Source of the DNA: Cloacimonetes bacterium UBA5284
GTDB lineage: Bacteria; Cloacimonadota; Cloacimonadia; Cloacimonadales; Cloacimonadaceae
Assembly (NCBI GenBank): GCA_002410505.1
Contig: DHSO01000052.1
Span: 288-64,287 of the forward strand
DNA length: 64,000 bases
Reading direction: 5' to 3'
Both the position numbers and the translations under genes were made by a program. The stretch's first letter is position 1. Each line of letters starts with the position of its first letter. Of this stretch, positions 37,275-47,500 are shown in pieces. Below the pieces are notes generated by a model that was not told the origin of the DNA, did no database searches, and saw nothing but the letters and a program-made list of their open reading frames with translations.

Positions 37275-40124
37275 ATGAAGAAATTACTCTTTTTGGTGCT
37301 GTCGCTATGGTCTCTGGCATTACTCCATGGATATCCTGTGCACATCCAAAGCTGGAAACCGGACCAGGATGTGAAAGCTATAAATGCCTTGAATATAAGT
37401 ATAGACAGCGTAAACCGGCGCAGCGGTGCCATCATTGCCTATGTCCGGGATGAAACTGAACATGATCTTTTAAGGTCGCATGGCTATGATGCCCGGCGCA
37501 TTCCGGATGCTTCCCATGAGTATTACGAGTATCTTCGGGATACGGTTTGGGCGTCCAAAACCTTGGTGAACGAATATTATGACATCACAGAATACACAGA
37601 GTTCATGCAGAATATCGCGCTGGATTATCCCAATATCTGCCACTTGGAGCAATTTGGCAATTCCATACAGGGCCATCCCCTCTACTTCATGAAGATTTCA
37701 GATAACGTAAGTGTAAACGAGGCAGAACCGGAAGTAAAGCTAGTTGCCAGCATCCACGGCGACGAAACCGTTGGTTACATAATGATGCTCCGTCTGATTG
37801 AACACCTGACCGAAAACTACAATATTGACCCCCAAATCACCGATTTATTGAACAACACTGAGATCTGGATATGCCCCTTGATGAATCCTGATGGCTATGT
37901 AAACGGTGAAAGATACAATGCAGCAGGTATAGATTTGAACCGCAACTTCCCCATGCCCAATGGTATCACAAATCCGGACGGCAATCCCACTGCTGTGGAA
38001 AACATCGCAATGATGGATTTCAGCCAGGACCACAATTTTGCCATCGGGATAAACTTTCATGGTGGCGCTTTGGTGATAAACTACCCATGGGATTACACTT
38101 ACACCCTCACGCCGGACAATCAGACGATAGTGGATATGTCCCTCACTTACTCATCTCAAAACCAACCCATGTACAACAGTTCGGAATTTGAGGACGGCAT
38201 CACCAACGGCGCTGCATGGTATGTGATTACCGGTAGCATGCAGGATTGGAATTACGGTTTTACAAACAACATCGAGCTCACGGCGGAGATCAGCAATATT
38301 AAATGGCCGCATGCATCAACGCTGGATGGTTATTGGGAAGATAACCGACAAGCGATTCTGGATTTTATCGCATACGCTCAGAATGGCATCAAGGGCTTGG
38401 TAACAGATGATATGGGCACAGCTTTACTCGCCTTCATCAGCATAATCGGAAACAACAAAGTGATCCAAAACGATTCCCAATTGGGAGATTACCATCGGAT
38501 AATGCTGCCGGGTACATACACCATCAAAGCCTCTTCACCTGGATACATACCTCAGACTGCGGAAGTAACCGTGCCAGCAAGCGGATATACAGAACACAAT
38601 TTTGAGCTGCAAACCGCAGCCTATATGAATATATCAGGAATCATCCGAGACAGTGCCGGCTTTCCCATACCCAACGCGTCCATCAAGATCGATACCGAGC
38701 CGCAAACCCTGCTCCAAAGCGATGCCAACGGTGAATTCAGCCTGATAAACATCCCTGAAGGAGATTACAAAGTATCCGCTTGGGGATCCGGTGGCGTGTT
38801 CCAGAAGACTTTGGCCCTGCGCAAACATGGACCTGAAGATCTCCTGGTACTTATTCTGCAAAACCCCATCTTTGCCGATTATTTTGAAAACGGCATATCA
38901 AACTGGAATCCCAGCGGCACATGGTCCATAATCCCGGATAATGGCAACAATGTGCTTACAGATTCCCCCTCCGGAAACTACGGCGCAAATCAAAACCGGC
39001 CCATCAGCCTGGCAAGCCCATTGTCCTTACAAAGCATCTCCGATTGTCAGCTTAGCTTCAGGGCAAAGTGGGATCTCGAATTCGGTTGGGATTACGTGTA
39101 TGTGGAGGCATCTTCAAATGGCAGCGATTGGGATCAACTGGATGCAATCACCGGAGAACAGGAAGAATGGACAAATCTGAACTATTCTCTGGAATCATAT
39201 TCAAATTCGGATCTTTACCTGCGCTTTCGCCTACGCAGCGACTGGTCGGGATCAGGAGATGGTATATATATAGACGACATCATCATCACGGGAATCAATA
39301 GCTCTCACGCCATCTATGGCGATGTGGATATGGACACTGCCATCAGCAGCGCCGATCTTCAGTTGATTCTGGATTACAGTGTGGGTGGATCCCTGGATGC
39401 AGCTCAATTGATCAATGCTGATACCGACCTGACAGATGGTGTAAGCACTCTGGATGCCTACAACATTTTGCGCTATATGAAGCAAAGCAGTTACATGTTC
39501 CCTGCCCAGGATCCCACTTCCCCGTTGTTGCCGGAGACAGAGATCAGCGCTTATATGGAAGAGGGTGCCCTGCTTATCAGCCCTTCGGATGAGCTTCGCA
39601 GTTTGCACCTTGATATACCATATGTTATTCAAAATGCCGATTCCATCGAAAGCCCGCATTATTTTGCCATGGATGCAGCTAATGGCCTGATGAGCCTGGT
39701 AAGCTACTATAGTATGGCAGATCAGCTGATGCCTATCTCTCTACAAGATCCGGACAGCAGTTTCGAGCTGCCCGCTGAGATTAACGGATACACGAGTGTC
39801 CTGGATGTGCAACCCTCTGATATTGAGGACGACATCAGCAGCGTTGCCCTGCTCACACTGTCTCAGAACTATCCCAATCCCTTCAATCCCAGCACTTTGA
39901 TCAGCTTCACACTGGCAAAGGCAGAACCTGTGAAACTGGAGATTTTTAATATGAAAGGACAATTGGTAACTCAAATGCTGAATGCGAACTTGCCTGCCGG
40001 CTCTCACAGCGTCGTTTGGAACGGCATAGATTCGCATGGCAAAGCCGTCAGCTCCGGTATCTATTTCTATCGCCTCAGCGCCAATGGAAGCAGACTCAGC
40101 AGAAAAATGGTACTAAGCAAATGA
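37275..40124 (+). CDS. secreted M14 zinc carboxypeptidase with T9SS C-terminal sorting domain
   Basis: 949 aa from the ATG at 37275. Signal peptide MKKLLFLVLSLWSLALLHG. M14 motifs HGDETVG, NPDGY and INFHGGA. Also a CarboxypepD_reg-like segment and a dockerin-like pair of Ca-binding loops. C-terminal NYPNPFNPSTLISF ... GIYFYRL matches the T9SS type A CTD. Confidence 0.85.
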   Translation: MKKLLFLVLSLWSLALLHGYPVHIQSWKPDQDVKAINALNISIDSVNRRSGAIIAYVRDETEHDLLRSHGYDARRIPDASHEYYEYLRDTVWASKTLVNEYYDITEYTEFMQNIALDYPNICHLEQFGNSIQGHPLYFMKISDNVSVNEAEPEVKLVASIHGDETVGYIMMLRLIEHLTENYNIDPQITDLLNNTEIWICPLMNPDGYVNGERYNAAGIDLNRNFPMPNGITNPDGNPTAVENIAMMDFSQDHNFAIGINFHGGALVINYPWDYTYTLTPDNQTIVDMSLTYSSQNQPMYNSSEFEDGITNGAAWYVITGSMQDWNYGFTNNIELTAEISNIKWPHASTLDGYWEDNRQAILDFIAYAQNGIKGLVTDDMGTALLAFISIIGNNKVIQNDSQLGDYHRIMLPGTYTIKASSPGYIPQTAEVTVPASGYTEHNFELQTAAYMNISGIIRDSAGFPIPNASIKIDTEPQTLLQSDANGEFSLINIPEGDYKVSAWGSGGVFQKTLALRKHGPEDLLVLILQNPIFADYFENGISNWNPSGTWSIIPDNGNNVLTDSPSGNYGANQNRPISLASPLSLQSISDCQLSFRAKWDLEFGWDYVYVEASSNGSDWDQLDAITGEQEEWTNLNYSLESYSNSDLYLRFRLRSDWSGSGDGIYIDDIIITGINSSHAIYGDVDMDTAISSADLQLILDYSVGGSLDAAQLINADTDLTDGVSTLDAYNILRYMKQSSYMFPAQDPTSPLLPETEISAYMEEGALLISPSDELRSLHLDIPYVIQNADSIESPHYFAMDAANGLMSLVSYYSMADQLMPISLQDPDSSFELPAEINGYTSVLDVQPSDIEDDISSVALLTLSQNYPNPFNPSTLISFTLAKAEPVKLEIFNMKGQLVTQMLNANLPAGSHSVVWNGIDSHGKAVSSGIYFYRLSANGSRLSRKMVLSK

Positions 40125-40606
40125 ATAGAATACTCGTCAGCTTCGGCTTGTTGATTTCGATTCTTTTTGCCTGTGGATGCCCCAAGGCTCCTATGGAAGA
40201 GAAAGATAACTCCGGCTACTCTTTTCGCAAGGATGGCACTTTGCAAATTCACTCTGCTACCGGTATACTGAAAGCGGAATTCGATATCGAGATTGTGGAA
40301 AGCCAGAGTGAATTGGCGCAAGGGCTTAAATACCGCGAAAGCATGGCAGAAACCCAGGGAATGCTCTTTATCTTTGAACAAATAGACTACCATTCCTTTT
40401 GGATGCAAGATACCTACCTCAGCCTTGATATGATCTTTATAGATCACTACAACAAGATCATCAATATAGCCAAAAACACCACTCCTTTCAGTGAAGATCC
40501 CATTTTCCCTGAAAAACCAAATCAATACGTACTGGAGCTTCTTGCCGGTACTACAGATAAACTAAATATTACAGACACGGACGAGGTAACATGGCAAAGA
40601 AACTGA
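40121..40606 (+). CDS. DUF192 domain lipoprotein
   Basis: 161 aa with lipobox LFACGC and the DUF192-like core GLKYRESMAETQGMLFIF ... FWMQDTYLSLDMIFID. ATGA overlap with the upstream stop. Confidence 0.75.
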   Translation: MNRILVSFGLLISILFACGCPKAPMEEKDNSGYSFRKDGTLQIHSATGILKAEFDIEIVESQSELAQGLKYRESMAETQGMLFIFEQIDYHSFWMQDTYLSLDMIFIDHYNKIINIAKNTTPFSEDPIFPEKPNQYVLELLAGTTDKLNITDTDEVTWQRN

Positions 40607-41472
40607 TTTTCCCATTACTTCTGCTACTGGTACTTTTTGCCTGCAAGAGCAAACCGAACGGGCAGAATCACGAAATCAAGGCAGAACCCGAGCAGGGTGA
40701 AGAAAGCATTTACAATCCGGAAAAAGAGACGGTTCCGGTAGCTGAAACACCTTTGCAAAGCTATCAATACTCATGGACAAATTCCGATGATATGCCCGAT
40801 GTGGTAATCATAATCGACGATTTTGGCAATAGTGGCGGGCAGCTTCTGGAAGATTTTGCCGATCTGCCAAAAGAAGTGGTTTTTGCCGTATTACCGGATC
40901 TTTCTCATAGCGAAGAAGCTGCCAGAATGGCTAGTTCAAAAGGGCACGAAGTGAGCATCCACGTTCCCATGGAAGCGGAAAACAGCAGTATAAGTCCCGG
41001 TGAAGAGTATATATCTAAAAACATGGATGAAAAAGACATTATGAAAACACTGGATTCATTTATAGCCCAAATGCCTATGGCAATTGCTGCCAACAATCAC
41101 ATGGGAAGTGCCACTACCGCAAGCTTGCCCACGATGAAGGCAGTGCTGAAGCATATGACAAAAAAGGGGCTGCTGTTTGTAGATAGCGCCACCACTTCCA
41201 AAAGCGCGGTTTATAGCGCCGCTCAGGAATTGGGAATATTTACGGCCAGACGTGATATCTTCCTGGATGTACCGGATGTAAGTGATGCCACGATCATAGC
41301 AAAGATAGAATCGCTGGCAAAGTATAAAGGGCGCAAAGAACCTATAGTCATCATCAGTCACTGTCACAATCGTGAAAAACTGGATGCCCTGCGCAAATTC
41401 ATTACGCAGATACAGAGCATGGGCTTGCGCATTGTCTCGTTGCGGGACGCTTATCCCAGAGTTCGGGCTTAG
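40591..41472 (+). CDS. divergent polysaccharide deacetylase family protein (YibQ-like)
   Basis: 293 aa with lipobox LFACKS and motifs VVIIIDDFGNS, FAVLP, HVPME and ANNHMGS. Confidence 0.8.
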   Translation: MAKKLIFPLLLLLVLFACKSKPNGQNHEIKAEPEQGEESIYNPEKETVPVAETPLQSYQYSWTNSDDMPDVVIIIDDFGNSGGQLLEDFADLPKEVVFAVLPDLSHSEEAARMASSKGHEVSIHVPMEAENSSISPGEEYISKNMDEKDIMKTLDSFIAQMPMAIAANNHMGSATTASLPTMKAVLKHMTKKGLLFVDSATTSKSAVYSAAQELGIFTARRDIFLDVPDVSDATIIAKIESLAKYKGRKEPIVIISHCHNREKLDALRKFITQIQSMGLRIVSLRDAYPRVRA

Positions 41473-41591
41473 CGTCATGCACATCGCTCGCGACACAGAT
41501 TATGTGGAAAGATATCCACAAGTCGAAAAAGACCTTGTGATTTTGCTTGACAGGAATCAGATGAATATAAACTGAGTTTTAGAGGAGATAT

Positions 41592-42311
41592 ATGAGAAAG
41601 TATCTATTACTTATAACCCTGTTTACAGGTTTGATTGTTTCGGCCTGGAGCCTCTCTATATACGACATTCAGTATACCGCTTCCCCCGGTAGTGACAATA
41701 CATATCCCTCCCCCTACGCCGGTAATAGAGTAAGCACTGAAGGCATCGTGACCGCCGTGAACTACAAATCTGGCGGTTTCTTCATCTCAGAAGCAGTAGC
41801 GGGGCCGTTTAGCGGTCTGCTGGTATTGGATCGGCGTAGCGATGTCCGCGTGGGAGATCGCATCCGAATTTCAGGGCTTGTGCAGGAAAGCTTTGGCATG
41901 ACTACGCTGCAGGATGTCACCGCGCTTAGCATCTTAGAACGCAATCATCCTTTGCCCATACCCGCCAAACTCACTACTGCACAAATCACACACTCTGTGG
42001 AAGCAGAATCCTACGAAAGTGTGTATGCCCGGGTATATTCGGTCAGCGCTTCGGGGCAGAAAAGTTCCCGTAACCGCCTTATGGTGAGCGATGGTACCGG
42101 TATGTGCAGTATCACTATGGGTAGTTTCGGCCCTTCCAAAATTGATTTTGGTAAAAGCACCGGGAATCAATTTTCTTCGATTACCGGCATTGTAACTTTC
42201 AGCTTTGGTGAATTTTCTTTGAATCCGGTTTCCGGTACAGATATTGAAGTAAACCAGCCTGTTTCGGTGCAAAACCGTAGCTGGGGAAGAATCAAATCCA
42301 TCTACAAATAA
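41592..42311 (+). CDS. secreted hypothetical protein (OB-fold-like N-terminal module, as seen in extracellular nucleases)
   Basis: 239 aa with a signal peptide. IYDIQYT ... G.RVSTEGIVTAV ... GFFISE resembles the N-terminal module of ExeM/NucH-type nucleases, but no catalytic domain is present. Confidence 0.4.
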   Translation: MRKYLLLITLFTGLIVSAWSLSIYDIQYTASPGSDNTYPSPYAGNRVSTEGIVTAVNYKSGGFFISEAVAGPFSGLLVLDRRSDVRVGDRIRISGLVQESFGMTTLQDVTALSILERNHPLPIPAKLTTAQITHSVEAESYESVYARVYSVSASGQKSSRNRLMVSDGTGMCSITMGSFGPSKIDFGKSTGNQFSSITGIVTFSFGEFSLNPVSGTDIEVNQPVSVQNRSWGRIKSIYK

Positions 42312-42324
42312 TGAGGTTTAAATA

Positions 42325-42690
42325 ATGAAAAAGTTCTTCAAAGCTCTGCTCTTCATTGGTGGAACTGCTGCAGCCGCGCACTTTGGCATGAAAGCATACC
42401 GTCGTGTAAGTGGAACAGTAAAACTCTCCAAATCGCTTCCAGAATTTCTGTCCAATGTGTATGGTGAACAGCCCAAGATAGACATCAATCAGACTATGAA
42501 CTATCTCTCAATAAAAGTTCGTTTTAGCCAGGAGATCCTGGATAAACACGATGACATCGAAAACACCATCCGTGAGTACATCGACGATTTCTATCCCGAA
42601 GTAGCCAAATGCTCTGTGGATATAGACATCCAGGCCAAGGCCGAAGAAGCCGAAAGCCACACGGAAGAGGAGCCCGTAACCGAGGAATAA
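42325..42690 (+). CDS. hypothetical membrane-anchored protein
   Basis: 121 aa with one N-terminal hydrophobic helix and an acidic C-terminus. No recognised motif. Confidence 0.45.
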   Translation: MKKFFKALLFIGGTAAAAHFGMKAYRRVSGTVKLSKSLPEFLSNVYGEQPKIDINQTMNYLSIKVRFSQEILDKHDDIENTIREYIDDFYPEVAKCSVDIDIQAKAEEAESHTEEEPVTEE

Positions 42691-42820
42691 GCTTGGGTTT
42701 TGCCTTGGTAAATCTTATGGTGGAGTAAATTACTCCACCATTTTAGTATGCATTTAACTGGCACACAACGCTAAAACACTTATCTTGTTCATAAACAAAG
42801 AAAACAACTGGAGGAATCAC

Positions 42821-43216
42821 ATGAAAGTAGTTCACTATGACAACGTGGAACTGGAACCCGTAGATGTTGAAGGGGCCAAAGGTGCTCAGATCCGCTGGCT
42901 GATCAGCCAAAAAGACGGCGCGCCAACTTTTGCCATGCGCATGTTCGAAGTGGAACCCGGTGGCCATACTCCCTATCATCAGCATGAATGGGAACATGAA
43001 CTCTATTGCCTCTCCGGCACGGGAGCCCTAGTTACAGAACGCGGAGAGCTTCCCTTTGCCGAAAACGATATAATGTATGTAGACCCCGGCATGATGCATG
43101 CCTTCAAAAACGTTGGCGAAGATACTCTGAAGTTTCTCTGCCTCATCCCCAATGAAAAACCTGTGGTAAAGAAGACGGTGAATCCCTTTGCCGATGAAGA
43201 AGCAAATAACTGCTGA
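42821..43216 (+). CDS. cupin domain protein
   Basis: 131 aa from the ATG preceded by GGAGGAATCAC. Cupin motifs GGHTPYHQHEWEHELYCLSGTG and MHAFKNVG. Confidence 0.85.
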   Translation: MKVVHYDNVELEPVDVEGAKGAQIRWLISQKDGAPTFAMRMFEVEPGGHTPYHQHEWEHELYCLSGTGALVTERGELPFAENDIMYVDPGMMHAFKNVGEDTLKFLCLIPNEKPVVKKTVNPFADEEANNC

Positions 43217-43225
43217 GGACGGGCG

Positions 43226-44284
43226 ATGAACAAGAGCAATAAAGAATATCTCTACAAGCTGTTGAAAGTAGCCAGTCCCTCCGGATTTGAAACTGATGCC
43301 CAGAAGATTACCCGGGAATATCTTCGCGGCACCTGTGATGATATTTCCTCGGATGTAAACGGCAACCTGATCGCCTTCAAACGTGGACAAAGCGATCTGA
43401 AGGTAATGATCGTAGGCCATGCCGACGAGATCGGTTTTATGGTAAACTACATCGATGAAAACGGATACATCTACGTGAAGCCCTTAGGTGGCTTCGACGT
43501 AAGTCTCTTGCCCGGTTTGCGTCTGGACATCCATCACGCGGGTAAGATTGTGCGTGGGATCATCGGTAAAAACGCACCCCACATGAGCCGAGGTGATTCC
43601 GATACTCCCAAACTCAAAATGGAAGATATCTGGATCGACATCGGTGCCAAAGACAAGAAGGATGCCGAGAAAAAAGTCAGCATCGGGGACATCATTACTT
43701 ACCACAGCCAAATAGAAGAACTCAGCGAAGACTTGATCGTAAGCAAAGCTACCGATAATAAAGTTGGTGTATATATCGCCGCGGCAGTAATGAAGGCTCT
43801 CGCCAAGACCAGCATCCAGGCGAACTATTATGCCGTTTCATCTGTGGGAGAAGAAACCACCATGAAAGGCTCCCGTACCAGTTCTTACAAGATCGAGCCG
43901 GACATAGCCATAGCAGTGGACGTAACCTTTAGCTCGGATGTCCCCGGCGCGGATAAACGCAAATTCGGAGACGTGAAACTGGGCAAGGGCCCTACTCTTG
44001 CTCTAGGTGCAGCTCTGCACCCCGGCTTGAACAAACATCTGCAAGCACTGGCCAAAAAACATAAAATACCGCTGCAATTGGAGATATCTCCCAGTTATAC
44101 CGGAACGGATGCCGATGCCATTCATGCCCAACGCAACGGCGTTGCAACCGCTGTGCTGAGCATACCGAATCGTTATATGCATTCACCCAATGAAATCATC
44201 AATTTGCAGGATCTGGATAACGCAGTCTTACTACTCACCGAATTTGTGAAGACTGTGGATGCAAAAATCGATCTAAGTAGATAG
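43226..44284 (+). CDS. M42 family metallopeptidase (FrvX/CelM-like aminopeptidase)
   Basis: 352 aa with GHADEIGFMV, DNKVG and VGEETTMKG motifs. Confidence 0.85.
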   Translation: MNKSNKEYLYKLLKVASPSGFETDAQKITREYLRGTCDDISSDVNGNLIAFKRGQSDLKVMIVGHADEIGFMVNYIDENGYIYVKPLGGFDVSLLPGLRLDIHHAGKIVRGIIGKNAPHMSRGDSDTPKLKMEDIWIDIGAKDKKDAEKKVSIGDIITYHSQIEELSEDLIVSKATDNKVGVYIAAAVMKALAKTSIQANYYAVSSVGEETTMKGSRTSSYKIEPDIAIAVDVTFSSDVPGADKRKFGDVKLGKGPTLALGAALHPGLNKHLQALAKKHKIPLQLEISPSYTGTDADAIHAQRNGVATAVLSIPNRYMHSPNEIINLQDLDNAVLLLTEFVKTVDAKIDLSR

Positions 44285-44303
44285 AACAATCTTACCAATC
44301 CCT

Positions 44304-44332
44304 GCACCGCCCATCCGGGCGGTGCTTTTTTT
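44304..44332 (+). terminator. intrinsic terminator
   Basis: GCACCGCCC (44304-44312), loop ATCC, GGGCGGTGC (44317-44325), then TTTTTTT. Confidence 0.8.
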
Positions 44333-44572
44333 CTATAGTCCCCTGTTCCTTAATCTGTGCCGAATCCGGTGGGTATAACGGTCTTGCTGCGTTGCGAAAC
44401 ACAGGGCCTCTGTGTATCAAGGTGTAGTGGACCAGAGCGAAATGCCACGGCTTAAACTATGTTTACTCTGCTTGTTTATTTTTTGCTTGCAATTCACTTG
44501 ACAGAATTATATATGTATTTAAACAGGCAGGGTGGGTGTTACAACCGCGATTAATTCCAGAGGAAGAGGATA

Positions 44573-47500
44573 GTGGAAAAAATAGTATCTAAGGCCCTTA
44601 CGGAGAACTTGCGCGCTACCAAAGTGGCCAGGATCCCGCTGGATGAATCCGCTCAATGGCTGCTTGATATATCCCGAGATTTTTATGGCGTAAACCAGCG
44701 ATTGCGCAGTTTTCTGGACGAGCTGTACCATCCTTTCGTGAATCCCGGAATTACGCTAAGCCTGATGCGTGCCAGCGTCTTGGGTGATCTGTGGTGGTTT
44801 ACGAAGCAGAATGAAAATCCGGACAAGAGCATTCGCATCATTCTGGATATGTATCGCAAAGCTGAAACTCTATGTCAGAAGGATATAGAACGTAAGCAGC
44901 TGTTCAGTGACTTTCTGGAATTTAGCCAAGCTTTGTGTGAACAGGATCTGCCCGATGTGTACCACGATTTGCTGCTACTGCTGAAAGACTTTATCGAGCA
45001 AAATCTCCCCCTCTTCATTCGGCTCAGCACCCAGGCACGCAGAACCTTGATATCTCTGGGCAACAAATGTCCTGAACCCGATATTGCCCCGCCACTGCTG
45101 CGTATGATCCTCACCGAAGACCTGCACTATTGGCAGCAGAGTACAGACATCAACCGTTGGCTGAATGCATTGAAAAACAGACCCGATGATATGGATCTCA
45201 GCCATTTGCCAAACGATAAGTTCTACGCTCATTGGCAAGCGCATTTAAGCCGGGCATTGGAGCCCAATGATTATAAGATCGTGCCGGCATTCACCGAAAT
45301 AGCCACTCTGCATCGCGATTATATCCGCGAATTCTCCTCCCTGAGCCACAGAGTGCAATACATATTCTTCCTTTTGGGACAAGCTACCATGCTGGACATG
45401 ATGGATCACCTTCTGTGGGATCTGAACCGGCAATTGGCGGATATGTATCAGGAACTTTCTGTGGATGAAGTACACGACATGATCGATACTGTGTTTGAGA
45501 CATTAAAACACTTCATCCATACGCACATGAGCATCGTGCTGGATTGCGTGCTAACGATCGGCAAAGCTGTGTTGAAGGGAAACAACAGCTCTTTGCACAA
45601 GCACATTATTGAGCATATTATCGATCTGGGCTTTACCCCCCCGGGAGAGGTGCGGATATCCGGAGACTGGCAGATCGAGGTGGACAAAAACCATGTGAAA
45701 CACCTTCGGATCTTACTGGAACTGATCGCCATCAATCCTATGCAAAATAAAGATTTGCTTGCCTTCACCATCATCAGCCTCAGCAAGTATGGCGTTTTCA
45801 TATCCGATACAGACCTCTTTCAAAAAGATGTATCTGCTTTTTTGGGCGCGAACCTCAAGCCCATATTCGTGCAAAGCAAGCACCTTCTGCGCATGTTTCC
45901 GGTCTTTTTCAATGAAATAGGGGCAGAGGGAGAGATCCGGGACGCCAGCACAAACCTGGACGAGATGTCCCAAAGAAAAGACCGCCTCATCCACTTTTTG
46001 CGCAAACAGGTTCACACCGAGAGCAATAATACCCATATCACATTGATCGAGCGCATTCTGCGCTATTGGATCACACAAGATCCCGCTCCCCTGGAACACA
46101 TCATCCCCGCGGATGTGTGGGAAAACATTCAGGAAATCGATGAGCGTACACTCCAGCAAAGCCATGCCACCAAACAGTTTTTGGCAGATAACCATCTTAC
46201 TGATACCGAATTGCTCTCGCTCTCCTGGCAAAAAGTAGAGATCATCTTTGCAAATCTGGAAGAGGACTATTACAATAAACGCCTCAAATTACTGTGTTAC
46301 TGTCACTTCCTGTTAAAAGACAAGTACAACCTGGATCCCTATGATATTGTGAAATTCCTTTCCCGCTATAGCTTCTTCGATGGCAACGAGCAGAACCGCC
46401 TGCGCAGCAGTCTAACTCGCCGGGATTACGATAGTTCCATTCGCCAGATGCTGAACTATATTGGCAGGCTGAATACTCAAATCCTGGATCCGAAACCTAC
46501 CAGCCCCTGGGAAAACATCTATTACAAACGCCATATCGCCGCGGGAATCCCCTCCATGTATGGCATGTACCGGGAACCAAAACTGGAAGCCATGGGCATG
46601 GTATTCCGCTTGGAAAATGTAATCCGTCGACTCTTTGAACGCAGTGTAGGGCAATTGAACTTGAATTATATAAACGGTAAAACCATGCGTCGCATAGTGC
46701 GCATCCTGGAAATATACGATTTTGCCATGCAGCAAGAGATGGTTTCCAGCGACGCCTTCAGCACCGCGCTGGCTATGCTGAGTTCGGTGCAGAACATCTC
46801 AAATCTGTCTTTGGAGCAATATCTGGATATCTTCAATCTGCTGAAAGACAGCGTGAACGAACTAGCCAATGAATACTATTACCGCTTTTACGACAGCCAA
46901 TTGGCAAGGGCCAGAACGGATGATGACAGCCGCACAACAAGCGAGATCTTTGCCGAGGAATTCTATCGAAATCTGCTCTCTGCTTCCTTTTTGGTACAGG
47001 GCTTGGACAATTTTATAACCCGAATATTGGAATCCCTCACCCAGATGCGCCGGCTATTCAGTAAAGAGAACATCGTGAAGCTGATGTCCTACGATCCGGA
47101 TCGTCTGTTTTTCCACCTTTACACTCGCAATTCACGCATCGAAAACCAAGTGTTGCTGGGCTCCAAGGCATTCTTTCTAAAACGTATGCACCAATATGAA
47201 TTTCCCATCCCCCCCGGTTTTGTAATCACTACAGATCTCTTTAGAAACAGAGAAATCATCAATACTCACCCAGACATCTCCAGCGAGTTTGATCAGCTAT
47301 TGTGGGACAATTTGCGCAAAATGGAGCGGTATACGGGCTTGGGATTTGGAAATCCACAAAAACCATTGCTGTTTTCGGTACGCTCCGGGGCACCGATGAG
47401 TCTGCCCGGCGCGATGGATACCTTTTTGAACATCGGACTCACAGACCAGATTACGTTACAGCTTTCACAACGCCCGAATTACGGGTGGACCGCCTGGGAT

